From: a virus
Taxonomy: Duplodnaviria; Caudoviricetes
IMG/VR virus record: IMGVR_UViG_3300020420_000002
Location: 1 to 57,363 of that record
Length of the DNA stretch: 57,363 bases
Direction: 5' to 3' (one strand)
The position numbers and the translations under genes were made by a program. Below, in pieces: positions 35,844 to 45,295 of this stretch (position 1 is the first letter of the stretch; each line of letters begins with the position of its first letter). Under the pieces are notes generated by a model. The model was given only the letters and a program-made list of their open reading frames with translations, searched no databases and was not told where the DNA came from.

Positions 35844-38800
35844 ATGGCTGAAGAAGATAAAGGCATATTCGGTGGTTTTTTTGATCCCCCTGAACAAAAC
35901 ATTAGTCCTGAAACAGTTGGAGCAATAGATTATCTTACAGACATTCCAATAGGCGCTATTAAAGGTGTTAGTCAAGCTGTTCAAGGTTTACTTCAATTAG
36001 GTGCATTGCCTATTGATTATTTAGCAGACACCAACTTAATCACTGCAATTGATAATATTTTTGAAAAAATTACTCCCGAAACAGATACCGCTGTTGGAGA
36101 TATAACTTCTATTTTAGGACAGTTTGCTTTGCCTGCAGGTGTTGCAATTAAACTTGCAAACGGAATTACAAAGTTAAGCAAGGCTAGTCAAATAGTAAAA
36201 TTAAATAGTCTGCCAACTGTTGGTGCTAAAAGTGCAGAACTTGCAAAACGTGCAGGTTATTACGGAAGCATTGGTGGTATTACAGATTTTGCAGTATCAA
36301 CTCCAGGTGATCTTACAACCCTTAGTGAAACATTTGGATTTGGAGAGGCCTACAAAGGAGATGAACTTGAAGGATCTGCAAAGGCAGCAGAATTTTTTAA
36401 AGAAAAAATTAGATTTGGTGCAGAGGGCACGGTGTTAGGTGGTGGTATTACGGCTGCGCTGCCCGTAGCAGGAACACTAGGTCTTAAATATGGTTTAATG
36501 CCTGCAGGAAAATACGTTGCCTTACCTGTAGGAAGAGCCACTTTAAGAACGGTTAACAATTTAGTTTTTAATCCTTTAAGTAAAGTGATTGGAAGTGAAA
36601 CAGTAGGAGCTGCTGCTAGAACCACAGGTGAATTTTTAGGAAATCAATCTACTAAACTAAGACAAAAATTAAACATACCTGATCCAAAAGAATGGAAATT
36701 TTACAGTACGTCTTCAAACGCACCTTTACTAGAAAGATTGTTAAAAAGATTCGATAATATTAAAAATGCTTTTAAATCAGATGGACCTATAAGTGTAAGT
36801 CAAGCCGACGAATTAAGACAGTACGAAAATTTAGTGCAAAAAGATGAAAAAGGTTTGGTTAAAATTATGAATCAAATTGATGATCAATTTAAAGAAATAG
36901 CTAAAGGTGCTGATGTTTTAGAGTTACCCAAATACTTAACTACTCCAGGATTAAAATATCCTAAACCTATTACTGCAGTAGATGATGCAATATACTTAAG
37001 AAATAATGATTTACTTTATAATTACATTCAAGCTCCTAGAGTATTAGATGATGCTGGAAAAAAAATACTTGGGGATTCTAGTGAAGCTTTAGGTTTTTTA
37101 AAACAATTGGAAGACTCTGTTAATACTAGTGGTATTAATAAAAAAACTGCTGCGTCTGTTATTAAAAACGCTAAAGAATTAAAAAATAAAATTAATGACC
37201 TAGGTCTAGAATACGGTAGACTTTTATCAGAGAACACGGACCAAGCATTAAAGGATCTTGGAGCAAGTATTGTAGCAAATGGTGGAGCTTATTTAAAACA
37301 AGTTTATAGTGTGATGAAAAACAAAGCTTATCAATTTGATCCACAAAAAATTGAAGGGGCTAAACAATTTTTTATTAAAAACACACTACCTAAATTAGAA
37401 AAAGAAACTCCTGAAATAATAGAAGACTTAATGAAAAATAAAGGCATAACTAGAAAAGAAGCTATAGAACTATCCGCAGACAATACCATGGCTCAACTAC
37501 AAAAATCTTTGATTGAAAGTAATCGTAGTCCTGAAAGTTTATTTAAATTAATAGGTGATACTTTTAGAATAAGTAAAAGAGGAGAATTAATAGACATTAC
37601 AAAAAAAGTTATTCAAGAAGGTAAAGAAGTAGAAGTATTTACTTCAACAGGTAAATTACTTAAAGCTGGCGGAGATGTGCCAACTATCATGAAAAAAGTA
37701 ATGGATGATGAAGGTTTAGAAAAAGTTACTGGAGCGTTTTTAGAACCTTTAAAAGACTATAGAGCTGCTGTAACAGATACATTTTTACAAACAGCCAAAC
37801 AAGTTCACAAGAAAAAATTTTTCGATAGTTTTGCAGACAGTGCGTTACTAAATGGTTACGCGTTTAGATCTGTTCAAGAAGCAATTAATAAAGGAATTCC
37901 TAACGCAAACAATTTAGTTTCTGTAGCAGCTGATTTAGCACCAGGTAGTAAAACATTTGATTTATTTGAAAGTAAATTATTTAAAGGTGGATTAGCAAGA
38001 GATGGAAGATCTCAAACAGGACTGTATACTACGCCAGAAATAGCAAACGCTGTTAAAGGCACAGAAGAATATCTAACAAGAATGTATGACATTCCGTTAT
38101 ACAGCGCATTAATGTCTGTTAAAGCTGCAGGTCAAATCGGTAAAACAGTATTTTCTCCTATGACTCAAATAAGAAACGTTTCAACAGCATCTTTTTTTGC
38201 ATTAGCAAGTGGTTTAATTGGAGGTAGAGTAAGTTTAACTAACGCATTTAAGTTAATGGCTGATGATATTTTTCCAGGTAAGTTTATAAATGCTGCAGAT
38301 GTAGCTAAACAAATGGAAGATAGAATAGCTAGAGGAGTGGTAGATCAAAACATTGAAGTAAACGAAATAAAAGCAGTTTTAGAAAAAGCTAAAAAAGGCA
38401 AATTTACATTATCTGCTTTAATGCAAAACCCTACAGTTAAAAAAGCTTTTGATTTGTATCAAGGGGGTGACAATGTTTGGAAAATTTATGCCGATGATTT
38501 TTATCAAGATGCATTAGGTCAGGCGTTTCAATATAGTTCTAAAGGTTTAAAAGGGGACGTAGCTATTAGAGACAATATAATTGACTGGTACAGAACAGTA
38601 GGTAAACAAGAAGATGTTGCGTTACAATTAACTAAAGCAAATGACGACATAGCTAAAATAGATGACGCTTTAAAAACTGCTAACGCTGCTAATAAACAAT
38701 CTTTATTAAATCAAAAAGAAGCTCTAGTTCAAAATTTTAAAACTGTAAAAGATATTTCTGCTTATTTAACAACAAACACTATACCAACATACAGTAAAGT

Positions 38801-40274
38801 TCCTCAAATTATAAAAAATATTAGAAACTTACCTTTAGGTAATTTTGTAGCTTTTCCCGCAGAAATTTTAAGAACCAGCGCACATTTAATTGAGATAGCT
38901 GCAAGAGAATTAACAAGCACGAATCCTTTTATAAGACAAATGGGTGCAAGAAGATTAATTGGTGCAGCTTCTGTTTTTGGAGGAACTGGCACAATTATTG
39001 CTGAGACAGCAGAAAAAATAACAGGAGTAACGTCAGAAAAAATGGAAGCCTTTCAAAGATCTGTAGCGCCTAACTATCAAAAAAATTCAACGTTGATTCC
39101 GTTAACGGAATCTGATGAAAATGGTAATTTTAAATATTTTAATTTTTCATACACTAATCCTTATGACTCTATGATTAGACCCATAAACGCGGTGTTAAAT
39201 GCATATGGTAATGGTACTTTAACTAACCAAAACGCAAGTCAAATAGTTTATAATGCATTAATCTACGATACATTAAATGATAAACCTGGCGCACTTTTAG
39301 AATTTTTAGATCCTTTTATTTCAGAATCCATTGGAGCAGGTGCAATAGCGGATCTTACAATTAGAAATGGTAAAACTAAAGATGGTCGAACAATTTATTT
39401 TCCGCAAGATAATGCAATGGAAAAAATTGATGCGTCTCTAGGACACTTATTGTCTCAACTAGAACCGGGTGCTTCAAGAAGTTCAAGAAGGGTGTGGAAA
39501 GGGGTTACCCAAGACTTTACTGACTATGGTACTACTTATGATAGTGCAACAGAAATAGTTGCATTGATGTCAGGACTTCGTGTAGAGGAAGCAAAACCTA
39601 TGGACAGTTTACCTTTTATTGTAACGTCTTATGCAAAAGATTTAGAAAACATACAGAAAAAATTTTCATCTAATATCTATAGCCCTAATATAGATCTTAA
39701 TGGTCGAATAGGATACATGACAGAATATTTAACTGATAATTATGATACACAAAGTAGAATGTATCAAGTAATTAAAGACATGGAATCAATGGGAGCAGAC
39801 ATAGATGAAATAGAAAATAAAATTGATGTTAGATTAAAAAATAAAAAAAGATTAAATGCGTTAATGGATGGGGAATTTATTGCTCCTAACATAAGTGAAG
39901 CTAGAGTAGAGTCTATAATTGAAAGATTGTATGATGAAAATCCTACAAAAGCTGCAGAAGTAGAAGATCAATTTGAGACAGCTATTGACATATTTGAAGA
40001 TATAAGATCTGATTTAGAAGCTATAGAACTTGGAGAGGGTGTCTCTGATTTTAAAGAATTTATTGACTTTACTTTAAATCCACCTGCAGCAGATGTTACT
40101 GGAGCTAGTCCAGTTGTAAATATACCTATAGAAACAAATGTTAATTTACCAACTCCTGTAGGAATTGGAGAGGGAGTCAATGCTTCCTTATTTAGAAACA
40201 ATACAAACGCAGGGACACAATTTAATCTTCTACCAAACAACGTAAAATTTGATAAACTGTTCCCTTTAGGATAA
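35844..40274 (+). CDS. Large internal virion (ejection) protein, 1476 aa
   Basis: Size and position; NTIPTYSKVP..LPLGNFVAFPAEILR motif. Confidence 0.75.
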   Translation: MAEEDKGIFGGFFDPPEQNISPETVGAIDYLTDIPIGAIKGVSQAVQGLLQLGALPIDYLADTNLITAIDNIFEKITPETDTAVGDITSILGQFALPAGVAIKLANGITKLSKASQIVKLNSLPTVGAKSAELAKRAGYYGSIGGITDFAVSTPGDLTTLSETFGFGEAYKGDELEGSAKAAEFFKEKIRFGAEGTVLGGGITAALPVAGTLGLKYGLMPAGKYVALPVGRATLRTVNNLVFNPLSKVIGSETVGAAARTTGEFLGNQSTKLRQKLNIPDPKEWKFYSTSSNAPLLERLLKRFDNIKNAFKSDGPISVSQADELRQYENLVQKDEKGLVKIMNQIDDQFKEIAKGADVLELPKYLTTPGLKYPKPITAVDDAIYLRNNDLLYNYIQAPRVLDDAGKKILGDSSEALGFLKQLEDSVNTSGINKKTAASVIKNAKELKNKINDLGLEYGRLLSENTDQALKDLGASIVANGGAYLKQVYSVMKNKAYQFDPQKIEGAKQFFIKNTLPKLEKETPEIIEDLMKNKGITRKEAIELSADNTMAQLQKSLIESNRSPESLFKLIGDTFRISKRGELIDITKKVIQEGKEVEVFTSTGKLLKAGGDVPTIMKKVMDDEGLEKVTGAFLEPLKDYRAAVTDTFLQTAKQVHKKKFFDSFADSALLNGYAFRSVQEAINKGIPNANNLVSVAADLAPGSKTFDLFESKLFKGGLARDGRSQTGLYTTPEIANAVKGTEEYLTRMYDIPLYSALMSVKAAGQIGKTVFSPMTQIRNVSTASFFALASGLIGGRVSLTNAFKLMADDIFPGKFINAADVAKQMEDRIARGVVDQNIEVNEIKAVLEKAKKGKFTLSALMQNPTVKKAFDLYQGGDNVWKIYADDFYQDALGQAFQYSSKGLKGDVAIRDNIIDWYRTVGKQEDVALQLTKANDDIAKIDDALKTANAANKQSLLNQKEALVQNFKTVKDISAYLTTNTIPTYSKVPQIIKNIRNLPLGNFVAFPAEILRTSAHLIEIAARELTSTNPFIRQMGARRLIGAASVFGGTGTIIAETAEKITGVTSEKMEAFQRSVAPNYQKNSTLIPLTESDENGNFKYFNFSYTNPYDSMIRPINAVLNAYGNGTLTNQNASQIVYNALIYDTLNDKPGALLEFLDPFISESIGAGAIADLTIRNGKTKDGRTIYFPQDNAMEKIDASLGHLLSQLEPGASRSSRRVWKGVTQDFTDYGTTYDSATEIVALMSGLRVEEAKPMDSLPFIVTSYAKDLENIQKKFSSNIYSPNIDLNGRIGYMTEYLTDNYDTQSRMYQVIKDMESMGADIDEIENKIDVRLKNKKRLNALMDGEFIAPNISEARVESIIERLYDENPTKAAEVEDQFETAIDIFEDIRSDLEAIELGEGVSDFKEFIDFTLNPPAADVTGASPVVNIPIETNVNLPTPVGIGEGVNASLFRNNTNAGTQFNLLPNNVKFDKLFPLG

Positions 40275-40277
40275 ATT

Positions 40278-41105
40278 ATGGCAACAATAAATGAATTAAT
40301 TGCAGAATTAAACGCAAAGTCTGATAGCATTACTAGCACCTATAACGAAAGAATGACCCCATTAGTAAACCGTGCTAATAAAACTATAGATAATATGGAT
40401 GGTATTCTTGCAGTAGAAGAAGTACAACCTCTTGACAGAGATGAAACAGAATCCTTTACAACAACCAATGTAGTTGATGGTCCACAAACTGAAGTAGGAC
40501 TAACTGAAACTGGTGTACCAATAATAGGAGCGGAGGCACCACTTGCACCTCAAAATTTTTTTTCTAACACAATAGATTCTATTAAAAACTATATTCAAGA
40601 GGGAGGAATGATAGGAAAGGTAGCTAGAGGTATAGGCTCACTTGTTCCAGAAATGGACCCACGTCAATCAGCTCTTAGAAGTTTTTACGGATACGATAGC
40701 ATAGGTAGAGTGCCAGTAGGCGATCCTACTAATCCAAATTTAATGGCAGGATATAATCCTGTATCAGGAGGCGCTTTAAACTTTTTAACTGGTGGCAGAC
40801 TTGGTGAACCTACAAATTACGGTCTACAAAGAGCGTATCAAAAAAGAATAGATATGAGAACTGATCCAAAAACTTTGGCTAGAATAGATAAATTATCTGA
40901 AGAAAGACAAAAGGCTTTCTTTGACAAAACAAAAGCTTTACAAGATGCTAAAATACAAGAGTCTATGATGTTAGATCGAGTTAACGAAGATACGGCTTTT
41001 AGAGAATATAATAAGGATCCAGGTGCAGCAAGTTATTCTGGAAGTTACGATGTTACGGACGATACTTCTTACAGTGATCCATTTAATCTAGGGGGCGGAG
41101 AATAA
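40278..41105 (+). CDS. Hypothetical virion-module protein
   Basis: ORF track; NLMAGYNPVSG. Confidence 0.7.
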   Translation: MATINELIAELNAKSDSITSTYNERMTPLVNRANKTIDNMDGILAVEEVQPLDRDETESFTTTNVVDGPQTEVGLTETGVPIIGAEAPLAPQNFFSNTIDSIKNYIQEGGMIGKVARGIGSLVPEMDPRQSALRSFYGYDSIGRVPVGDPTNPNLMAGYNPVSGGALNFLTGGRLGEPTNYGLQRAYQKRIDMRTDPKTLARIDKLSEERQKAFFDKTKALQDAKIQESMMLDRVNEDTAFREYNKDPGAASYSGSYDVTDDTSYSDPFNLGGGE

Positions 41106-41602
41106 TGGCTGGTATAGAAGAGATGATTGAATTATTTAGAGGAGAAGCTCCTTCAAGATCTAAAATGGATTTTGGAGACAATAGGGGAAGATCTTTTACT
41201 TCAGACAAAAGTTTTGCTAAATACATGGCTCGAGGAGGATCTCAAAAAGTTGGGGACCTTATTGGAGATTTAAGTGGAAAAGTAAAATCTTTAAAAATAC
41301 CGGTATCAAAATTTAAAGAACTTGGTGGAAATACTTTGGAGGTGCTTTTAGATGATGCTTCACTTAGTAAAGCTAAAACAAACATGCTTCAAACTTTTTT
41401 AGCAAGAGCTGGAAGTTTAACTCCTTTAGCTTTAGAAGGACTAAAGTTTATAACAAGTTTACCCGTGGCAACAGCAACAATGATATTACAATCAACACCT
41501 GCAAACGCAGATGAAGCAAATATGCAATTGGAAGATTTTGCTAAACTAGCAGAAAAAGAAAAAATAGGTATAGAAACAATTGAAATGGAAGATTTTGAAT
41601 AA
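41105..41602 (+). CDS. Possible ADP-ribosyltransferase-fold protein
   Basis: LFRGE...RSFTSDKSFAKYMA...LEVLL resembles the R-S-E ART signature. Confidence 0.4.
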   Translation: MAGIEEMIELFRGEAPSRSKMDFGDNRGRSFTSDKSFAKYMARGGSQKVGDLIGDLSGKVKSLKIPVSKFKELGGNTLEVLLDDASLSKAKTNMLQTFLARAGSLTPLALEGLKFITSLPVATATMILQSTPANADEANMQLEDFAKLAEKEKIGIETIEMEDFE

Positions 41603-41790
41603 TGGCTAAGAACGCAATACAAAAAATAGAAGAACATGAAAAGCTTTGCAGAATTATGCAAAAGCAAACGCATGATAAGATACATAAACTTGAACGTCAA
41701 ATAAATAGAGTTGAAAGTATTTTATTGGTTTCTACTGGTGCTTTAATTTCTGGTATGGCTTATGTTATATTTGCTTTAATTATAAGATAA
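41602..41790 (+). CDS. Small coiled-coil plus TM protein (XhlA/holin-like)
   Basis: IEEHEKLC..RVESILLVSTGALISGMAYVIF. Confidence 0.6.
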   Translation: MAKNAIQKIEEHEKLCRIMQKQTHDKIHKLERQINRVESILLVSTGALISGMAYVIFALIIR

Positions 41791-41792
41791 AA

Positions 41793-42002
41793 TTAATTAC
41801 ACATACACCCATAAAAATATCCACTACCGTCATTCATCATATGAAGATTAAGGGGATAGTCCGCATAGGTGCTTAATTTAAGTCTTAATATTTCACATAA
41901 ACTAGAACAATCTATTTCACCTACTATCTCTACCCCTTGTAACATTTGTTTTGTTACTTCTATTAGTTGATAAACACCATCATTTAATATTATTAAATCC
42001 AT
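41793..42002 (-). CDS. Hypothetical protein
   Basis: Overlaps the helicase stop on the same strand. Confidence 0.6.
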   Translation of the reverse strand: MDLIILNDGVYQLIEVTKQMLQGVEIVGEIDCSSLCEILRLKLSTYADYPLNLHMMNDGSGYFYGCMCN

Positions 42003-43423
42003 GCTTTTAATTCCTCGCCCATAACTTCTGAAGCTATGTTTATTTTTTTACGCAAAGCTTTTACAATTCTTTCATCAACAGTCTTTTCTGCTATGATATC
42101 AATGTAAGTCATTTTTCTTTTTTGACCAATACGATTTATTCTGGCCTCTGATTGAGTTCTTTTTTCAAGATCATAACCATTAGAATAATAAATCATTACG
42201 TTAGCTTCTGTCAGCGTAATTCCATATCCACCAGTTTGAGGTGTACCAACTAAAAATCTAATATTAGAATTTGGATCTTGAATTTTTTTAATGGCCTCAG
42301 CTCTGTCTTCAGTAGAGGTGTCTCCATAATAAGTCATCACGGAACCCGGATATTGTTTTTCTACCGCTTTAACTATGGCGTCTATATCGTGTCTCCAATG
42401 GGCCCAGATGATAGCTTTACCCTCTACCTCTTCTAAGATATCTAATAAAGTATTAATTCTTTCATTCTTTATAAATTGAATGGTGCCATCATCAGCTTTA
42501 AAGTGACCGCAGGTAATCTGTTGCATTCTCATTAATTGTACTAAGGCAGTAGAGGTTGTCATTAGTTTACCATCCATTTGAGCCAAAGCCACATTTTTCA
42601 TTTGATTGTATATTTTTTGTTGTTCTGGACTTAATTGAATAATTCTTTTTTGATGAGTGTATGGTGGTAAATCTAGACAATCTTCTTTCAAAACTCTATC
42701 AGAAAAATTAGATATTATTTCAGATAACTCGTCTAAATTTTTATAACCCACAGGAACTTTTGCACTATGAGAACCGAAATTCATAGTTTTTAAAATAGCG
42801 TATCTAGTTCTAAAAGTGTAAAAAGACTCATGACCCAATAAGGTGGGACTTAAAAATTCACATTGTTTATATAAATCTAATGGTGATTTAGTAACAGGAG
42901 AACCTGTAAGTATTCTTCTGTATCTAGCAAACTCACCTAAAGAACAAATATGTTTGGATCTTTTGGCATCAGGATTTTTAATGGTAGTTGACTCATCGAC
43001 AGCCATTAAAGTTCTATGACAACGTAAAAATTTAGCTGCAAATTCTACACCTTTGCTTGTACTAAAAGCATCTACATTCATTATAATGATATGCAAATCT
43101 TCACCTGGTTCAAATAAAGAATCTAATTTTAGTTGTTGTGATTTAGTAATATTAGCTTGCCACAACACCATCTTTTTTTCAATATGATCTACCATATGCA
43201 CAGGTATTTCAGAGTCGTACCAATTTTTATAAACACCTTTAGGTGCAATTAAAAGTAATCCATTTATTTTTCCTTTATCATAAAGCATAGATACATTATC
43301 TATTAATACTTTAGATTTACCCGTACCCATTTCCATAAAGTATGCAAAGTTTTCTTTATTACATGACTTTTCTAACGCTCTTAATTGATGAGCATACGGT
43401 TTTGTTTTAAATTTATAATTCAT
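41993..43423 (-). CDS. SNF2-family helicase
   Basis: MEMGTGKS, VDEST, LTGSP, QSEARINRIGQ; ATG at 43423. Confidence 0.9.
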   Translation of the reverse strand: MNYKFKTKPYAHQLRALEKSCNKENFAYFMEMGTGKSKVLIDNVSMLYDKGKINGLLLIAPKGVYKNWYDSEIPVHMVDHIEKKMVLWQANITKSQQLKLDSLFEPGEDLHIIIMNVDAFSTSKGVEFAAKFLRCHRTLMAVDESTTIKNPDAKRSKHICSLGEFARYRRILTGSPVTKSPLDLYKQCEFLSPTLLGHESFYTFRTRYAILKTMNFGSHSAKVPVGYKNLDELSEIISNFSDRVLKEDCLDLPPYTHQKRIIQLSPEQQKIYNQMKNVALAQMDGKLMTTSTALVQLMRMQQITCGHFKADDGTIQFIKNERINTLLDILEEVEGKAIIWAHWRHDIDAIVKAVEKQYPGSVMTYYGDTSTEDRAEAIKKIQDPNSNIRFLVGTPQTGGYGITLTEANVMIYYSNGYDLEKRTQSEARINRIGQKRKMTYIDIIAEKTVDERIVKALRKKINIASEVMGEELKAWI

Positions 43424-43440
43424 AATATTTCTTCTTTCTA

Positions 43441-43475
43441 TTGACACGCATACCAAAACAGATATAACAAGTCAA
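43441..43475. promoter_or_regulatory. Overlapping divergent promoters
   Basis: Plus TTGACA-16-TATAAC; minus TTGACT-17-TATGCG. Confidence 0.55.
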
Positions 43476-43486
43476 TAGGAAAGATT

Positions 43487-43840
43487 ATGGAAAAAACAGT
43501 TTACGTTATTCAAGAATTACCAGGTACTAAATCTGGATCTCCAAAATTTAACATTATGGGGGCTCAAAAGTTTGGTACATTAAAAGCTTTACTACCAGAA
43601 CACTCACAAATTATATTGTCTCCAGGGCCTTTAATTTTTAAATTAAGAAAACTGTTAGATAAATATACCTCCGATGATTATTTACTACTTACAGGTGATC
43701 CTGCAATCATAGGCGTAGCTTGTTCAATTGTGGCAGATAAAACCGGGGGAAAATTTAATTTACTAAAATGGGATAGACAAGAAAAAACATATTATCCCAT
43801 AGAAATAAATTTATATGAACAAGGAAAGATTGAAGAATAA
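43487..43840 (+). CDS. Conserved replication-module protein
   Basis: DDYLLLTGDP..LLKWDR. Confidence 0.8.
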   Translation: MEKTVYVIQELPGTKSGSPKFNIMGAQKFGTLKALLPEHSQIILSPGPLIFKLRKLLDKYTSDDYLLLTGDPAIIGVACSIVADKTGGKFNLLKWDRQEKTYYPIEINLYEQGKIEE

Positions 43841-43842
43841 AC

Positions 43843-43870
43843 TTGACATAGGATATTATGACAATATATT
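43843..43870 (+). promoter_or_regulatory. Sigma70-type promoter with TAGGATATTAT motif
   Basis: TTGACA-16-TATATT; leader CTAACCACGAAAGGA also seen at ~54902. Confidence 0.6.
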
Positions 43871-43899
43871 AACACTACTAACCACGAAAGGAAAAAGAC

Positions 43900-44448
43900 A
43901 TGAGTATAAACTTAGAAGAAGACAAAGTTGATTCGTTAAAAAATACGAATGACTTTAAACAATTATCAGAACAGGTTGTTAAGTTAAGAACCTTGGAAGA
44001 TAAATATACAGCTAAAGAAGAAGAGTTGAAAAAAATAAAAAAAGATATGGACGTTCTGTCAGGAGAGGTTATACCTACCATGATGACAGAAATGAATGTA
44101 GCAAAATTCAGTTTAGAAGATGGGGCTGGTGTAGAAGTTAAGCCCGTCTATGGTGCTTCAATTCCCAAAGCAAGAGAAGAAGAAGCATTTAACTGGCTTC
44201 GTAAAAACGGCCTAGGTGATCTTATTAAAAATATGGTCACCGTTTCCTTTGGTCGTAACGAGGACAACAAGGCAGCAGATTTTGCTGTCCTTGCGCAAGG
44301 TCAAGGATATCAACCTTCCCAGAAGTTAAAGGTTGAGCCTATGACTCTTAAAGCATTGGTCCGTGAGCGTCTTGAGTCTGGGAAAGAGATGCCTACGGAT
44401 CTATTTAACGTGTTCGCAGGAAGCCGAACCAAAATAACGAGGAAATAG
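43900..44448 (+). CDS. Conserved replication-module protein
   Basis: AFNWLRKNGLGDLIKN..VEPMTLKALVRE. Confidence 0.8.
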   Translation: MSINLEEDKVDSLKNTNDFKQLSEQVVKLRTLEDKYTAKEEELKKIKKDMDVLSGEVIPTMMTEMNVAKFSLEDGAGVEVKPVYGASIPKAREEEAFNWLRKNGLGDLIKNMVTVSFGRNEDNKAADFAVLAQGQGYQPSQKLKVEPMTLKALVRERLESGKEMPTDLFNVFAGSRTKITRK

Positions 44449-44452
44449 AAAA

Positions 44453-45226
44453 ATGAACAAAGAACCAACAATCAAGAAGAATGGTGCATTGTCAACAAAC
44501 GTTGTGTTTGAGGCAGATGCGAACGTTCAAACTGGAACAGTAACTCAAGATGATCTTGCGTTACCGTTTCTTAAAATACTTGGACAGTTATCTCCAGAAG
44601 TAAATAAGAGAGACGGCAAGTATGTAGATGGAGCAGAGCCTGGAATGATATACAATTCAGTAACAGGTGAACTCTTTAGTGGTGAGAACGGAGTCCAAGT
44701 GATTCCATGTTACTACAAACTCGAATACGTCGAGTGGAAAGATAGAGGAAAAGATGGGTCTGGTGCTCCGGTAAACATCTATCCTTCATCTAGTGACATC
44801 ATGACTAAAACAACTAGAGGTGGGGATTTCAAAGATAGATTACCTAACGGTAATTATATCGAGAAGACTGCACAACATTTTGTTTTAGTTAATAGTGGCT
44901 CACCATCTACAGCATTAATTGCTATGAAATCTACTCAATTAAAAATTAGTAGAAAATGGAATAGCATGATGCAAAGTATAAAGATGCAAGGTAAAAACGG
45001 TTTGTTTACACCAGCATCTTTTAGCCATCTTTATCAACTAAAAACTGTGCAACAGTCTAACGACAAAGGCACATGGTTTGGTTGGGAAGTGAGCAAGGTA
45101 GGTCCAATCGAAGACGCTGCATTATATCAGACTGCTAGAACTTTTGCTGAAAGTATCTCTAAAGGAGATGTTCAAGTAAAACATGGTGAGGATGATGCTG
45201 CAAAAGCGACGGACGCTCACTACTAG
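44453..45226 (+). CDS. Putative single-stranded DNA-binding protein
   Basis: LALPFLKILG..MKSTQLKISRKWN..NDKGTWFGW; acidic tail. Confidence 0.65.
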   Translation: MNKEPTIKKNGALSTNVVFEADANVQTGTVTQDDLALPFLKILGQLSPEVNKRDGKYVDGAEPGMIYNSVTGELFSGENGVQVIPCYYKLEYVEWKDRGKDGSGAPVNIYPSSSDIMTKTTRGGDFKDRLPNGNYIEKTAQHFVLVNSGSPSTALIAMKSTQLKISRKWNSMMQSIKMQGKNGLFTPASFSHLYQLKTVQQSNDKGTWFGWEVSKVGPIEDAALYQTARTFAESISKGDVQVKHGEDDAAKATDAHY

Positions 45227-45252
45227 AATTCCTTAAAGGAATTGTTGCAACC

Positions 45253-45282
45253 GAGGTGGCGGCGCGAGAGTTACGCCACCTC
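45253..45282 (+). terminator. GC-rich hairpin after the ssb-like gene
   Basis: GAGGTGGCG/CGCCACCTC. Confidence 0.55.
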
Positions 45283-45295
45283 TACTAATATAAAG

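Noticed and set aside
7276-41700. Many minus-strand ORFs opposite structural genes (e.g. 8789, 10575, 11851, 32420, 34578, 39968)
   Set aside because: Antisense shadows of well-supported plus-strand genes, with Phe/Leu/Ser-rich composition expected from the reverse of Lys/Glu codons.
43843-43865. dif-like Xer site (CATAGGATATTATGAC)
   Set aside because: The central spacer and XerD arm do not fit; better explained as a promoter with the ATCCTATA-type operator.
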